Origin: Chamaesiphon sp. 341R_metabat_111
Lineage (GTDB): Bacteria; Cyanobacteriota; Cyanobacteriia; Cyanobacteriales; Chamaesiphonaceae
Direction: 5' to 3'
NCBI GenBank assembly: GCA_025351825.1
Contig: JANXVE010000080.1
Span: 56,699 to 88,698 of the forward strand
Length of the DNA stretch: 32,000 nucleotides
A program made the position numbers and the translations under genes. The notes beneath the pieces were generated by a model. It searched no databases and was not told where the DNA came from. It saw only the letters and a program-made list of their open reading frames with translations. Position 1 is the stretch's first letter. Every line of letters begins with the position of its first letter. This document shows positions 18,554-27,122 of the stretch, one piece after another.

Positions 18554-20551
18554 ATGGCAAAAGTCATCGGCATCGACCTCGGTACAACTAATAGCTGCGT
18601 CTCCGTCCTCGAAGGCGGGATCCCAGTGGTAATTTCCAATTCTGAGGGTGGTCGTACCACTCCCAGTATCATTGGATTTGCCAAAGGTGGCGAACAGTTA
18701 GTCGGACAACTGGCAAAACGACAGGGCGTAACTAACGCGGAGAATACCGTGTACAGTATCAAACGCTTTATTGGGCGGCGGTGGGAAGACACAGACACAG
18801 AACGCAATCGTGTCCCTTACAACTGTATTAAAGGGCGGGACAATACTGTGGATGTCCAAATTCGTGGTCGAACTTACACCCCTCAAGAGGTGTCAGCGAT
18901 GATCCTCCAAAAGCTTAAAAAGGATGCCCAAAATTTCTTGGGACAGCCAGTCGAGCAAGCGGTGATCACGGTTCCGGCTTATTTTACCGATGCCCAACGT
19001 CAAGCTACTAAGGATGCTGGCACGATTGCCGGATTAGAAGTACTGCGGATTATCAACGAGCCGACAGCCGCAGCTCTGGCTTATGGATTGGATAAAGCTG
19101 ATACCGAGCAGAAGATTCTGGTAGTTGACCTCGGCGGCGGGACATTTGATGTATCGGTGCTGCAATTAGGAAATGGGATCTATGAAGTCAAAGCTACCTC
19201 TGGGAATAACCATCTAGGTGGCGATGACTTTGACAATGAAATCGTCCGCTGGCTGATCAAGCATTTTCGCACCACCGAAAGTATCGATTTGTTGAAGGAT
19301 AAAATGGCTCTCCAACGTCTGCGCGAAGCAGCGGAGAAAGCCAAGATCGAACTTTCGACGATGACGAATACGTCGATTAACCTGCCCTTTATTGCCGCCG
19401 ACGCTCAAGGTCCCAAGCATTTAGAAGTAGAGCTGAGTCGGACTAAATTCGAGGAAATGGTCGCACCATTAATTCAAGCAACACTCGAACCGCTGCAACG
19501 GTCGCTCAAAGATGCCGATCTCCAACCAAAACAGATCGATCGAATCCTCCTAGTCGGTGGCTCCACGCGGATTCCAGCCGTTCAACGGGCGATTCAAGAC
19601 TTCTTTGGTGGCAAGGAACTCGATCGATCTGTCAACCCTGATGAAGCGGTAGCAATGGGTGCAGCCGTCCAAGCAGGTGTCGTCGGTGGCGATATCAAAG
19701 ATGTCCTCCTCCTCGATGTCACCCCCCTCTCCCTGGGCATCGAAACCCTCGGCGAAGTCTTCACCAAGATCATCGAACGCAACACCACTATTCCCACCAG
19801 TAAAGGGCAAGAATTTTCCACCGCCACCGACGGTCAAACCTCCGTCGAAATCCACGTCCTCCAAGGCGAACGGGCAATGGCCAAAGACAACAAAAGTCTC
19901 GGTCGCTTTTTGCTCACAGGTATCCCCCCCGCGCCCCGTGGCGTGCCCAAAATTGAAGTTTCCTTTGATATTGATGTCAACGGCATTCTCAAGGTCGCAG
20001 CGCACGATCGCGGTACGGGTAGAGAGCAAACCGTCGCCATCAGCAATACTGGCGGACTGAATAAGGTCGATATCGAGCGGATGCGGCAAGAAGCCGAAAC
20101 CTACGCCCAGGATGACTGGCGCAGACTCCAACTGGTGGAACTCAAAAATCAAGCCGATGCCCTGTTCCACTCCTATGATGTCACGCTCCAAGAGAATGGT
20201 CATCTGATCGACGATCATCTTCGCCAACAGGCAGAAACCACCGCCAAAGAACTCCAAATGCTGCTGCTAGAGCCATCAGCTAACCTGGAAAATGTCCAAG
20301 GATCGATCGATAAGCTCCAGCAGCAGATCTTCGCTATGGGTGCAGCCGTCTACCAACAAGGCACTAGCCCCAACAATTCTGGATCTAGCCAACCACCGAA
20401 TCCAACTGCGGGGAATAGACACACTCCACTCAGTCGAGCGAGTGCCCCACCACCACCGCCACCACCCCCAGCCAAGAAGGTTTCTAGTACGCTCACATTA
20501 GATTACGATGATGATGAAACAGCCAGCCCTGATTATGAAGTAGTTGAGTAG
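18554..20551 (+). CDS. dnaK: Hsp70 chaperone DnaK (grpE-linked paralogue)
   Basis: [14 protein letters not shown] at 18554 is the canonical DnaK N-terminus. The ORF-track start at 18434 adds 40 non-conserved residues and lies inside the stem-loop. The C-terminus carries a poly-Pro (P8) and acidic tail. In Synechocystis, grpE sits next to dnaK1. Confidence 0.95.
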   Translation: MAKVIGIDLGTTNSCVSVLEGGIPVVISNSEGGRTTPSIIGFAKGGEQLVGQLAKRQGVTNAENTVYSIKRFIGRRWEDTDTERNRVPYNCIKGRDNTVDVQIRGRTYTPQEVSAMILQKLKKDAQNFLGQPVEQAVITVPAYFTDAQRQATKDAGTIAGLEVLRIINEPTAAALAYGLDKADTEQKILVVDLGGGTFDVSVLQLGNGIYEVKATSGNNHLGGDDFDNEIVRWLIKHFRTTESIDLLKDKMALQRLREAAEKAKIELSTMTNTSINLPFIAADAQGPKHLEVELSRTKFEEMVAPLIQATLEPLQRSLKDADLQPKQIDRILLVGGSTRIPAVQRAIQDFFGGKELDRSVNPDEAVAMGAAVQAGVVGGDIKDVLLLDVTPLSLGIETLGEVFTKIIERNTTIPTSKGQEFSTATDGQTSVEIHVLQGERAMAKDNKSLGRFLLTGIPPAPRGVPKIEVSFDIDVNGILKVAAHDRGTGREQTVAISNTGGLNKVDIERMRQEAETYAQDDWRRLQLVELKNQADALFHSYDVTLQENGHLIDDHLRQQAETTAKELQMLLLEPSANLENVQGSIDKLQQQIFAMGAAVYQQGTSPNNSGSSQPPNPTAGNRHTPLSRASAPPPPPPPPAKKVSSTLTLDYDDDETASPDYEVVE

Positions 20552-20556
20552 CAATT

Positions 20557-20586
20557 TAGGCTTTAGGTTTTAGGCTTTAGGCTTTA
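20557..20586. repeat. GGCTTTA heptamer array 6 nt after the dnaK stop
   Basis: The sequence is ttaggctttaggttttaggctttaggctttag. Confidence 0.8.
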
Positions 20587-20588
20587 GC

Positions 20589-20830
20589 AAAGATCTGTAG
20601 GTTGAGTTGCGGATGCGCTCCGGTCGGGTTTCCCGACCATGGAAGCGCACCAATCAGAGGAATGTTTGCAGAGCCTCTCCTTCTGGAGATAGCCCAATAC
20701 ACTTAACCTGTGATGTTGAGATTTGTAGTTGGGTTGAAGAATGAAACCCAACACACCCAGCTATCACACAGCGTAGATCCAGGGTACACCTACACAATTA
20801 ACCTGTAGGGGCGTGGCCTTGTGCCCGCCC
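20589..20830. mobile_element. Cluster of nested small hairpin repeats (MITE-like) in the dnaK-dnaJ spacer
   Basis: The 5' end agatctgtaggttgagtt matches the start of the dispersed element. A complete copy, gatttgtagttgggttgaagaatgaaacccaacaca, lies at 20720-20755. Extra hairpins are gcgctccggtcgggtttcccgaccatggaagcgc and ggggcgtggccttgtgcccgccc. There is no transposase, so mobility is inferred only from dispersal. Confidence 0.5.
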
Positions 20831-21032
20831 TGGATCTAAGCCAATTACTAATATTTTTGCATTGGTTCAAAATGTAAGGCCGATATCCCGAACAGACAAA
20901 ATAGAAAATGGGAAATTACGGTTAATACGCCATCAACAAGACCTGATTCCTTTACAATATATAGACTAATTTAGTCTTTAGATCGTCCCCGAATTCTGCT
21001 CCCGAAAACTCCTTGTAAGATAGAACCTCTCT

Positions 21033-22175
21033 ATGGCACGCGACTATTACGAAATCCTTGGTACCTCACGAGATGCCGACCAGGAAGAAATTAAACGCGC
21101 CTACCGCCGACTGGCGCGAAAATATCACCCAGATGTGAACAAAGAAGCTGGGGCAGAAGATACATTTAAAGAAATTAATCGTGCCAACGAAGTTCTATCC
21201 GAACCAGAGCTGCGTGCTCGCTATGACAGGTTTGGGGAAGCCGGAGTGTCCTCTGGCGGTGGATCTGCTCCTCAGGGCTACGGCGACATGGGCGACATGG
21301 GCGGCTTTGCAGACATCTTTGATGCTTTCTTCAATGGCTTTGGTGGTGCTCAAGGTGGACAGCAGCAACAAACCCGACGGCGGAATGGCCCCGCCCGTGG
21401 TGAAGATCTCCGCCTCGATCTCAAGCTAGATTTCCATGAAGCAATCTTCGGCGGCGAAAAAGAAATTCGGATTCCCCACCTCGAAGCTTGTACTCCCTGC
21501 AATAGTACTGGCGCAAAGCCAGGATCTCAGCCTCAAACCTGTGGTACCTGTGGCGGTGCTGGTCAAGTGCGCCGCAATACTCGCACTCCTTTTGGCAACT
21601 TTACCCAAGTATCTGTCTGCCCAACCTGCAACGGTGAAGGTCAAGTAATCTCCGACAAATGTGAAGTGTGTAACGGAGCTGGACGCAAGCAAGAAACTAA
21701 AAAGCTCAAAATTCAGATCCCAGGCGGAGTCGATAATGGTACTAAACTTCGCATCGCCAAAGAAGGTGATGCTGGCTTACGCAGCGGGCCACCAGGGGAT
21801 CTGTTTGTCTACTTGCATGTTGAGGAAGATGCAGAATTCCGGCGCGAGGGGATTAATATTCTCTCTCAAGTCAAGATCAGCTATCTCCAGGCAATTCTCG
21901 GCAGCCATATTCAAATTAATACCGTAGATGGCCCCACCGAGCTAAATATTCCCCCAGGGATTCAGCCCAATACTGTGCTCAAGCTCGAACAAAAAGGTGT
22001 CCCCCGTCTAGGCAATGCCGTCAGTCGCGGCGATCATTTGCTCACCCTCCAAATCGATATCCCTGGCAAAGTCAGCTCCGAAGAACGCGATCTGCTTGAG
22101 AAGCTTGCCAAAATTAGCGGTGATAAAGTTGGCAAGGGTGGAATTGGCAGTATTTTCGGAAATGTCTTTAAGTAG
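21033..22175 (+). CDS. dnaJ: Hsp40 co-chaperone DnaJ
   Basis: It has a J-domain (YHPD), a G/F-rich region and four CxxCxGxG zinc-finger repeats. Confidence 0.96.
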   Translation: MARDYYEILGTSRDADQEEIKRAYRRLARKYHPDVNKEAGAEDTFKEINRANEVLSEPELRARYDRFGEAGVSSGGGSAPQGYGDMGDMGGFADIFDAFFNGFGGAQGGQQQQTRRRNGPARGEDLRLDLKLDFHEAIFGGEKEIRIPHLEACTPCNSTGAKPGSQPQTCGTCGGAGQVRRNTRTPFGNFTQVSVCPTCNGEGQVISDKCEVCNGAGRKQETKKLKIQIPGGVDNGTKLRIAKEGDAGLRSGPPGDLFVYLHVEEDAEFRREGINILSQVKISYLQAILGSHIQINTVDGPTELNIPPGIQPNTVLKLEQKGVPRLGNAVSRGDHLLTLQIDIPGKVSSEERDLLEKLAKISGDKVGKGGIGSIFGNVFK

Positions 22176-22269
22176 TGGTTTAGTGGTTTAGCGGTTTAGT
22201 GGTTTAGCAGTAGCTAATACACTTCCTACACTTCCCACACTTCCCACACTCCCCATACTCCCCATACTC
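22176..22269. repeat. TGGTTTAG octamer array (22176-22208) followed by a C-rich array (22219-22269), filling the dnaJ-tusA spacer
   Basis: tggtttagtggtttagcggtttagtggtttagc begins directly after the dnaJ TAG. acacttcctacacttcccacacttcccacactccccatactccccatactc ends 1 nt before the ATG at 22271. Confidence 0.8.
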
Positions 22270-22270
22270 A

Positions 22271-22492
22271 ATGAAACTAGACCTCCGTGGCACTCCATGT
22301 CCGATTAACTTTGTGCGGACAAAGATGAAGCTCGAACAGATGGCAGCAGGTGAATTGCTGGAAGTCTGGCTCGATGCTGGCGAACCGATCGAACAAGTAC
22401 CCGATAGCCTTAAAATGGCAGGATACTCGATCGAGCAAATTACCGACAATCAAGATTTCTTCATCCTCCAAGTCCGCAATCAAGTAGCCTAG
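22271..22492 (+). CDS. TusA/SirA-family sulfurtransferase-like protein
   Basis: The 73-aa product starts LDLRGTPCPINFV, matching the CPxP active-site loop of the TusA family. Confidence 0.8.
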   Translation: MKLDLRGTPCPINFVRTKMKLEQMAAGELLEVWLDAGEPIEQVPDSLKMAGYSIEQITDNQDFFILQVRNQVA

Positions 22493-22509
22493 CAACGTTG
22501 ATATCTAGA

Positions 22510-22541
22510 CTCCTAACTCCTAACTCCCAACTCCCAACTCC
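22510..22541. repeat. CTCCTAA/CTCCCAA heptamer array abutting the dnaN ATG
   Basis: ctcctaa ctcctaa ctcccaa ctcccaa ctcc is followed immediately by the ATG at 22542. A complementary-type sequence lies at 27100-27122. Confidence 0.8.
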
Positions 22542-23708
22542 ATGAAATTTGTCTGTACTCAGCACGATCTAAATATCAACCTAGCGTTAGTCAGTCGCGC
22601 TGTGTCTACACGTCCAACTCATCCAGTTCTGGCAAACATTAAACTAGAAGCCACCTCAAATCCCGATTTGATTCGACTGACGGGATTCGATTTGAGCTTG
22701 GGAATCCAGACCAGTTTGATGGCGCAGGTGGATGAGGAAGGGACACTAACACTTCCTGCAAAATTGCTCAGTGATATTGTTGCTAAACTACCCACCGGAG
22801 ATATCACCTTTGATGATGAAGCGGGAGAAAATTTAGTTACCATCACATCGGTTTCTGGTCGCTATCAGGTGCGGGGCATGAGTGCCGAAGAGTTTCCCGA
22901 ACTGCCTTCGATTGAAGAAGGCGAAACCAATCAACTATCTGCCACTGCATTTATCGATGGATTGAAGGGGTCATTGGTTGCCTGTAGTCAGGATGAGAGC
23001 AAGCAAGTATTGACTGGGGTATATCTCAAAGTTGAGCCAGACAGACTGGAATTTGCCGCTACAGATGGGCATCGATTGGGAATTGTGGAAGTCTATCCCA
23101 ACGAGACTGAAGCGGGGGATACTGACGCAGCGGAGCAAGCAGCCACTGCTAATAAAGGATCGTTTGAAGTAACTGTCCCCGCCAAGGCACTGCGAGAGCT
23201 AGAAAAAATGCTCGGCTCTGGACAAGAAGGGGATAAATTAGGCTTGCAATTGGAGCAAGGACAAGTAGTATTTGGTTGGGGCGAACGGAAGTTAACAACT
23301 CGGACATTAGAAGGAAAATACCCAGATTATCGGTTATTAATTCCCAAACAATTTCAACGTCAAATTACACTCGATCGCAAGCAACTACTGACTGCCCTAG
23401 AACGAATTGCAGTACTATCGGATCAAACAAATCTGGTCAAATTTAGCATCGATAGCGATAAACAATCGATCGATCTTTCCGTCGATAGTCAAGATCGTGG
23501 TAGTGGCAGAGAATCCCTATCAGCACAGATTTCTGGCGAAAGTTTAGATATTGCTTTCAATATCAAATATCTCATGGATGGCTTAAAAACTTTGCTGACT
23601 CAAGAGATTACCATCAGTCTCAATGGCCCACTCGAACCCGTAATTTTGACCCCATTGGGTGGTGTAAAGATGACTTATCTTGTAATGCCAGTTCAATTAA
23701 GAAACTAG
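22542..23708 (+). CDS. dnaN: DNA polymerase III beta sliding clamp
   Basis: The 388-aa product has the three-domain DnaN layout (MKFVCTQ..L......V..R.THPVL.N..LEA; ATDGHRL). Confidence 0.96.
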   Translation: MKFVCTQHDLNINLALVSRAVSTRPTHPVLANIKLEATSNPDLIRLTGFDLSLGIQTSLMAQVDEEGTLTLPAKLLSDIVAKLPTGDITFDDEAGENLVTITSVSGRYQVRGMSAEEFPELPSIEEGETNQLSATAFIDGLKGSLVACSQDESKQVLTGVYLKVEPDRLEFAATDGHRLGIVEVYPNETEAGDTDAAEQAATANKGSFEVTVPAKALRELEKMLGSGQEGDKLGLQLEQGQVVFGWGERKLTTRTLEGKYPDYRLLIPKQFQRQITLDRKQLLTALERIAVLSDQTNLVKFSIDSDKQSIDLSVDSQDRGSGRESLSAQISGESLDIAFNIKYLMDGLKTLLTQEITISLNGPLEPVILTPLGGVKMTYLVMPVQLRN

Positions 23709-23729
23709 ATTAAATGGCTAGAAACCCAT

Positions 23730-23872
23730 CTGGTGGGCACTGCCCACCCTACGGTCTTCTACTACAGCCTAATTAGTCCGCTACTAGCTGAGTTAGTTGG
23801 GTTTCATTCTTCAACCCAACCTACAGATCTAACAACCCAATTCTCAATTCTCAATTCTCAATTCTCAATTAA
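23730..23872. repeat. Composite repeat block between convergent dnaN and the FHA gene
   Basis: It comprises the palindrome gtgggcactgcccac (23733-23747), inverted copy 3 of the dispersed hairpin element (agttagttgggtttcattcttcaacccaacctacagatct, 23791-23830), and CAATTCT x4-5 (23838-23872). Confidence 0.75.
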
Positions 23873-23873
23873 T

Positions 23874-24176
23874 TTAACTACCCTCACCCACTTTAATTTG
23901 GATTTTTGGGCCTGATGTTGCCAGTCGAAAAATCATTCCATCAACTACTTTGATTGTTTTGATTGCTTCACCGTCTTGATAAGTACCATTTGCGCTGATG
24001 TTAAATAATTGCCAGCCGTCATTTTCATTCCATCGCAACTCGGCATGATGTCGAGACACGACAGCACTAAATAAAACGACATGATTATCTGTCGCCCGTC
24101 CAATTCGGATGACATCTTCGGATATAAACGTCCAATTTTGGACGGGAACTGAATTAACTAGACTTAGTACAATCAC
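23874..24176 (-). CDS. Stand-alone FHA-domain protein (100 aa)
   Basis: It has IRIGRATDNHVVLFSAVVSRHHAEL...NISANGTYQDGE, i.e. the GR...SR.H...S.NGT FHA signature. The start is GTG, 29 nt downstream of the preceding FHA gene. Confidence 0.8.
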   Translation of the reverse strand: MIVLSLVNSVPVQNWTFISEDVIRIGRATDNHVVLFSAVVSRHHAELRWNENDGWQLFNISANGTYQDGEAIKTIKVVDGMIFRLATSGPKIQIKVGEGS

Positions 24177-24205
24177 AGATAATATTTGTTAATGCTCGGT
24201 GGGAA

Positions 24206-24979
24206 TTATTGGAAAATAAAAGTTACTAAGTCTCCCTTGCCTAAACCAATCCGATCTCCAGTGCGGAGTAGATGACGGTTGCCTTTTGGTAAAATGTTGT
24301 GGTTGATATACGTGCCATTTGCACTGCCAATATCCTCAATGTAATAGGTTTCGCCTTCCACCCGAATATTCGCATGGATTCGGGACACAACTTCCGCAGA
24401 TGGAAAACCAGACACATCAATGTCAGGGGGAATTTGGTCGTTGGGTTTGCCGATATGAACTATTTGGAGTTGTGGGGGAATTTCTAGACTTGTGTTTGTT
24501 TGGATGTGTAGCAACTGATGCGCTGCTATCTGAATTTGGGTGATAACTTGTGTCACCGTAACATTACGTTCTAGTGGTAACGTCGTTACAGGAAATGGTT
24601 CTACAGGTATTGACACTGATGGTGTCTCAATTTCTTTGCCGATCGGTAGTACAGTTAGATCTGGCTCGATGGTGGCTAGATCCGCTAGCTCCACAACTGG
24701 ATTTTCAACCAGCTCCGCCACTGGAATCGTCAGAACTGTGGGTGGTAGGACAACATTGACTGGTTCAGTGGGTGAAACAGCAGGCCCAGATAGTAAAATA
24801 GGGGCTTTAGATTCCATAGCTTTTAAGTTATGACCGCACTGTCCACAAAATGTCGCATCAACTCGCATTGATGCCCCACAGGTTGGGCAAGCTTGTGTCG
24901 CTGGCAAGGCTGTATAGCAAGCTTCGCAGTTCATCGCGCCGTCGGGGTTCCCATGTTTACAGTTCGGACAAACGATCAT
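24206..24979 (-). CDS. Double zinc-ribbon / Pro-Val-Thr-rich linker / C-terminal FHA protein (FraH-like architecture)
   Basis: The N-terminus reads CPNC..x..CEAC...CPTC...CGQC. A P/V/T-rich central region follows. The C-terminus reads GKPNDQ...VVSRIHANI...DIGSANGTYINH. Anabaena FraH has the same domain order. Confidence 0.85.
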   Translation of the reverse strand: MIVCPNCKHGNPDGAMNCEACYTALPATQACPTCGASMRVDATFCGQCGHNLKAMESKAPILLSGPAVSPTEPVNVVLPPTVLTIPVAELVENPVVELADLATIEPDLTVLPIGKEIETPSVSIPVEPFPVTTLPLERNVTVTQVITQIQIAAHQLLHIQTNTSLEIPPQLQIVHIGKPNDQIPPDIDVSGFPSAEVVSRIHANIRVEGETYYIEDIGSANGTYINHNILPKGNRHLLRTGDRIGLGKGDLVTFIFQ

Positions 24980-25209
24980 AAGAAAGATTTTAAGTTTTAG
25001 ATCCTTAACCTATTGCGATTTTATCAGAGTATCGGTCTGGGTATTTGGTGTTCTTTCTCTATATTGCCCCAATTATTTAGTTAATAGTAATTTTGCAAGT
25101 CCAAACAATCTCTTTTTCTCAAATCCGATCTGTCCCAAGATCGAATTTGAGTCGCTTTGGCAATTTTTGCTATATTGGTATAGAGAGACTATTATTGGCT
25201 ACAAGTATT

Positions 25210-25347
25210 ATGTCAGATTTAGATCGCGGCATCATGAAGTTTAAAGGAGCTGATACTCCACTTGCGATCGGCATCTCTGCTACGATCGTGATTGGTGGTA
25301 TTGTTTTTCTCGTTATCTGGGCAATGCAAAACGCTTACGTGGTCTAG
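25210..25347 (+). CDS. Small single-TM protein (45 aa), hypothetical
   Basis: MSDLDRGIMKFKGADTPLAIGISATIVIGGIVFLVIWAMQNAYVV has an ATG start and one clear TM helix. It ends 21 nt before mutL. The ORF-track TTG start at 25093 seems unlikely. Confidence 0.45.
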   Translation: MSDLDRGIMKFKGADTPLAIGISATIVIGGIVFLVIWAMQNAYVV

Positions 25348-25368
25348 AGGTTAATCGCTGGCTATCTA

Positions 25369-27099
25369 ATGTCGATTCATCCTTTACCTATCGACGTAAT
25401 TCACCTGATTGCTGCGGGGGAAGTGATTGACTCGCTAGCAGCGGTAGTCAGGGAATTGTGCGAAAATGCGATCGATGCTGAGGCTTCCAGGATTACGGTT
25501 TCGCTATTTCCCGACAAGTGGCGGATTCAGGTAGCTGATAACGGGATGGGGATCGAGCTTGCCGATCTTCAGGTAGCGGCTACAGCTCATAGTACTAGCA
25601 AGATTGACGATCGAGACGATCTATTTCATATTACCAGTCTGGGTTTTCGGGGCGAGGCTCTGCATAGTCTGGCACAGCTTGCCAATCTCGAAATCTATAG
25701 CCGTCCCCGCAACAGTTGCGATGGTTGGCATCTAGTCTACAACCATCAGGGCGAAGTTTTGCGCCAACAGGAAGTCGCGATCGCTTCTGGTACGATCGTT
25801 AATGTCGAAAATCTGTTTGGAGAATGGGAAGCTAGGCGCGAAGGTTTACCAAATCTCAACCAGCAATTGCGCCAAGTCCAGACGATAATTTATCATCTGG
25901 CTCTATGTTATCCCCAAGTTAGTTGGACGATAGAACAGCAACATCGCCCCTGGTTTCAGATCGTTGCTAGTAGAACCAGTCAGCAAATTGTCCCGCAGTT
26001 GTTACCGAAAGTCAGGGTTGACGATCTGCGGTATGTCGAACTTAGTATTCCACCGATGGGGGGAGAGGTAGATGGGGGAACTGGGGGACTGGGGGATTGG
26101 GAGAGAGAGGCGCAAGAATCCAAAATTCAGTTGACTTTAGGATTACCCGATCGTTGTCATCGTCATCGCTTAGACTGGGCGAAGGTTGCCGTCAATGGCC
26201 GCATTGTCCGCGCACCAGAATTGGAGCAAACGATCGTCAGTGGATTAGCTAGAACATTACCACGCGATCGATACCCTGTCTGCTTTCTCCATCTCCACAT
26301 TCCACCCCACTATATCGATTGGAATCGTCATCCGGCCAAAGTTGAGATCTATCTCCAACAAATCGAGCATTGGCAATCACAGGTACTGCGGGTAATCGAT
26401 TCAGCCCTAAATCTAGGGACTGAATCAATCGATGATGAAGACACTACCATCACCAGTCGAATTGGTAAACTGCTGGCAGTCGCCGAACAGCAAGGAGCTT
26501 ATCATCTTCAGCAAGGATCGATCTCTTCGACTCTCAATGATGAGGATGGATTGGGTTTGCTCGAACTGCGCGCCATCGGACAAGTTCACAATACCTATAT
26601 TGTTGCCGAACATACCGATGGACTATGGCTGGTAGAACAACATATCGCTCACGAGCGGGTGCTATATGAGCAGATAACCGCTGCTTGGCAACTTTTACCA
26701 CTAGAGCCACCAATCATCCTTTCACACCTGTCAGAGCGACAAATAGACCAGTTACAAGAAATCGGTTTAGCCATCGATCCCTTTGGTGAAGGTTTATGGG
26801 CGATTCGGACGGCTCCAGCACCACTATTGATGCGGGAGGATTTGGCAGCGGCAATCGTCGAACTCAGCTTGGGTGGAGATTTGCAAGCTGCTCAAGTAGC
26901 TGTGGCTTGTCGCTGTGCGATTCGGAATGGCACATCCCTGAGTTTACCCGAAATGCAGAGCTTACTCGATCGCTGGCAACGCACTCGCAACCCTCGCACC
27001 TGTCCTCATGGTAGACCGATTTATCTCTCATTTAGGGAAAGTAGCCTAGCTCGATCGTTTCGCCGTCATTGGGTGATTGGAAAAAGTCATGGGATTTAG
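25369..27099 (+). CDS. mutL: DNA mismatch repair protein MutL (endonuclease-type)
   Basis: It has a GHKL ATPase N-terminus (IAAGEV, ELCENAIDA, DNGMGI), VEQHIAHERVLYE (a DQHA..E....E-type motif) and a C-terminal CPHGRP. Confidence 0.93.
   Translation: MSIHPLPIDVIHLIAAGEVIDSLAAVVRELCENAIDAEASRITVSLFPDKWRIQVADNGMGIELADLQVAATAHSTSKIDDRDDLFHITSLGFRGEALHSLAQLANLEIYSRPRNSCDGWHLVYNHQGEVLRQQEVAIASGTIVNVENLFGEWEARREGLPNLNQQLRQVQTIIYHLALCYPQVSWTIEQQHRPWFQIVASRTSQQIVPQLLPKVRVDDLRYVELSIPPMGGEVDGGTGGLGDWEREAQESKIQLTLGLPDRCHRHRLDWAKVAVNGRIVRAPELEQTIVSGLARTLPRDRYPVCFLHLHIPPHYIDWNRHPAKVEIYLQQIEHWQSQVLRVIDSALNLGTESIDDEDTTITSRIGKLLAVAEQQGAYHLQQGSISSTLNDEDGLGLLELRAIGQVHNTYIVAEHTDGLWLVEQHIAHERVLYEQITAAWQLLPLEPPIILSHLSERQIDQLQEIGLAIDPFGEGLWAIRTAPAPLLMREDLAAAIVELSLGGDLQAAQVAVACRCAIRNGTSLSLPEMQSLLDRWQRTRNPRTCPHGRPIYLSFRESSLARSFRRHWVIGKSHGI
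26055..26110. repeat. G-rich 8-9 nt tandem units embedded in frame in mutL
   Basis: gatggggggagaggtagatgggggaactgggggactgggggattgggagagagagg is translated as MGGEVDGGTGGLGDWERE. Its complement matches the C-rich intergenic family (for example 17336-17382). Confidence 0.7.
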
Positions 27100-27122
27100 T
27101 TGGGGGTTAGGAGTTGGGAGTA

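Noticed and set aside
19550-20257. 235-aa ORF on the minus strand, plus several 60-130-aa ORFs in the same area.
   Set aside because: They are antisense or out of frame within dnaK. Their composition is a G/D/E-rich mirror of Hsp70 codons, so they are not independent genes.
22219-22269. ACTTCCCAC(A) repeats about 270 bp upstream of dnaN as DnaA boxes or oriC.
   Set aside because: They match the cyanobacterial TTTTCCACA box at only about 7 of 9 positions. The same C-rich family occurs at 7997-8063 and 17336-17382, away from dnaN. No AT-rich unwinding element is adjacent. An origin cannot be excluded without GC-skew analysis of the whole genome.
23733-23915. 60-aa ORF (MGTAHPTVFYY...LVGFHSSTQPT...).
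   Set aside because: It is merely the translation of dispersed repeats (the gtgggcactgcccac palindrome, the ttgggtttcattcttcaacccaac hairpin and the CAATTCT array). It also overlaps the 3' end of the FHA gene.
25093-25209. TTG-initiated 39-codon extension of the small membrane ORF.
   Set aside because: The upstream part is AT-rich promoter-like sequence (tatatt boxes) with no protein-like character. The ATG at 25210 gives a compact single-TM peptide.
7997-27122. Whether the many short direct-repeat arrays could be CRISPR loci.
   Set aside because: The units are 7-8 nt and directly tandem, with no unique spacers of about 30 nt. No cas genes are present.
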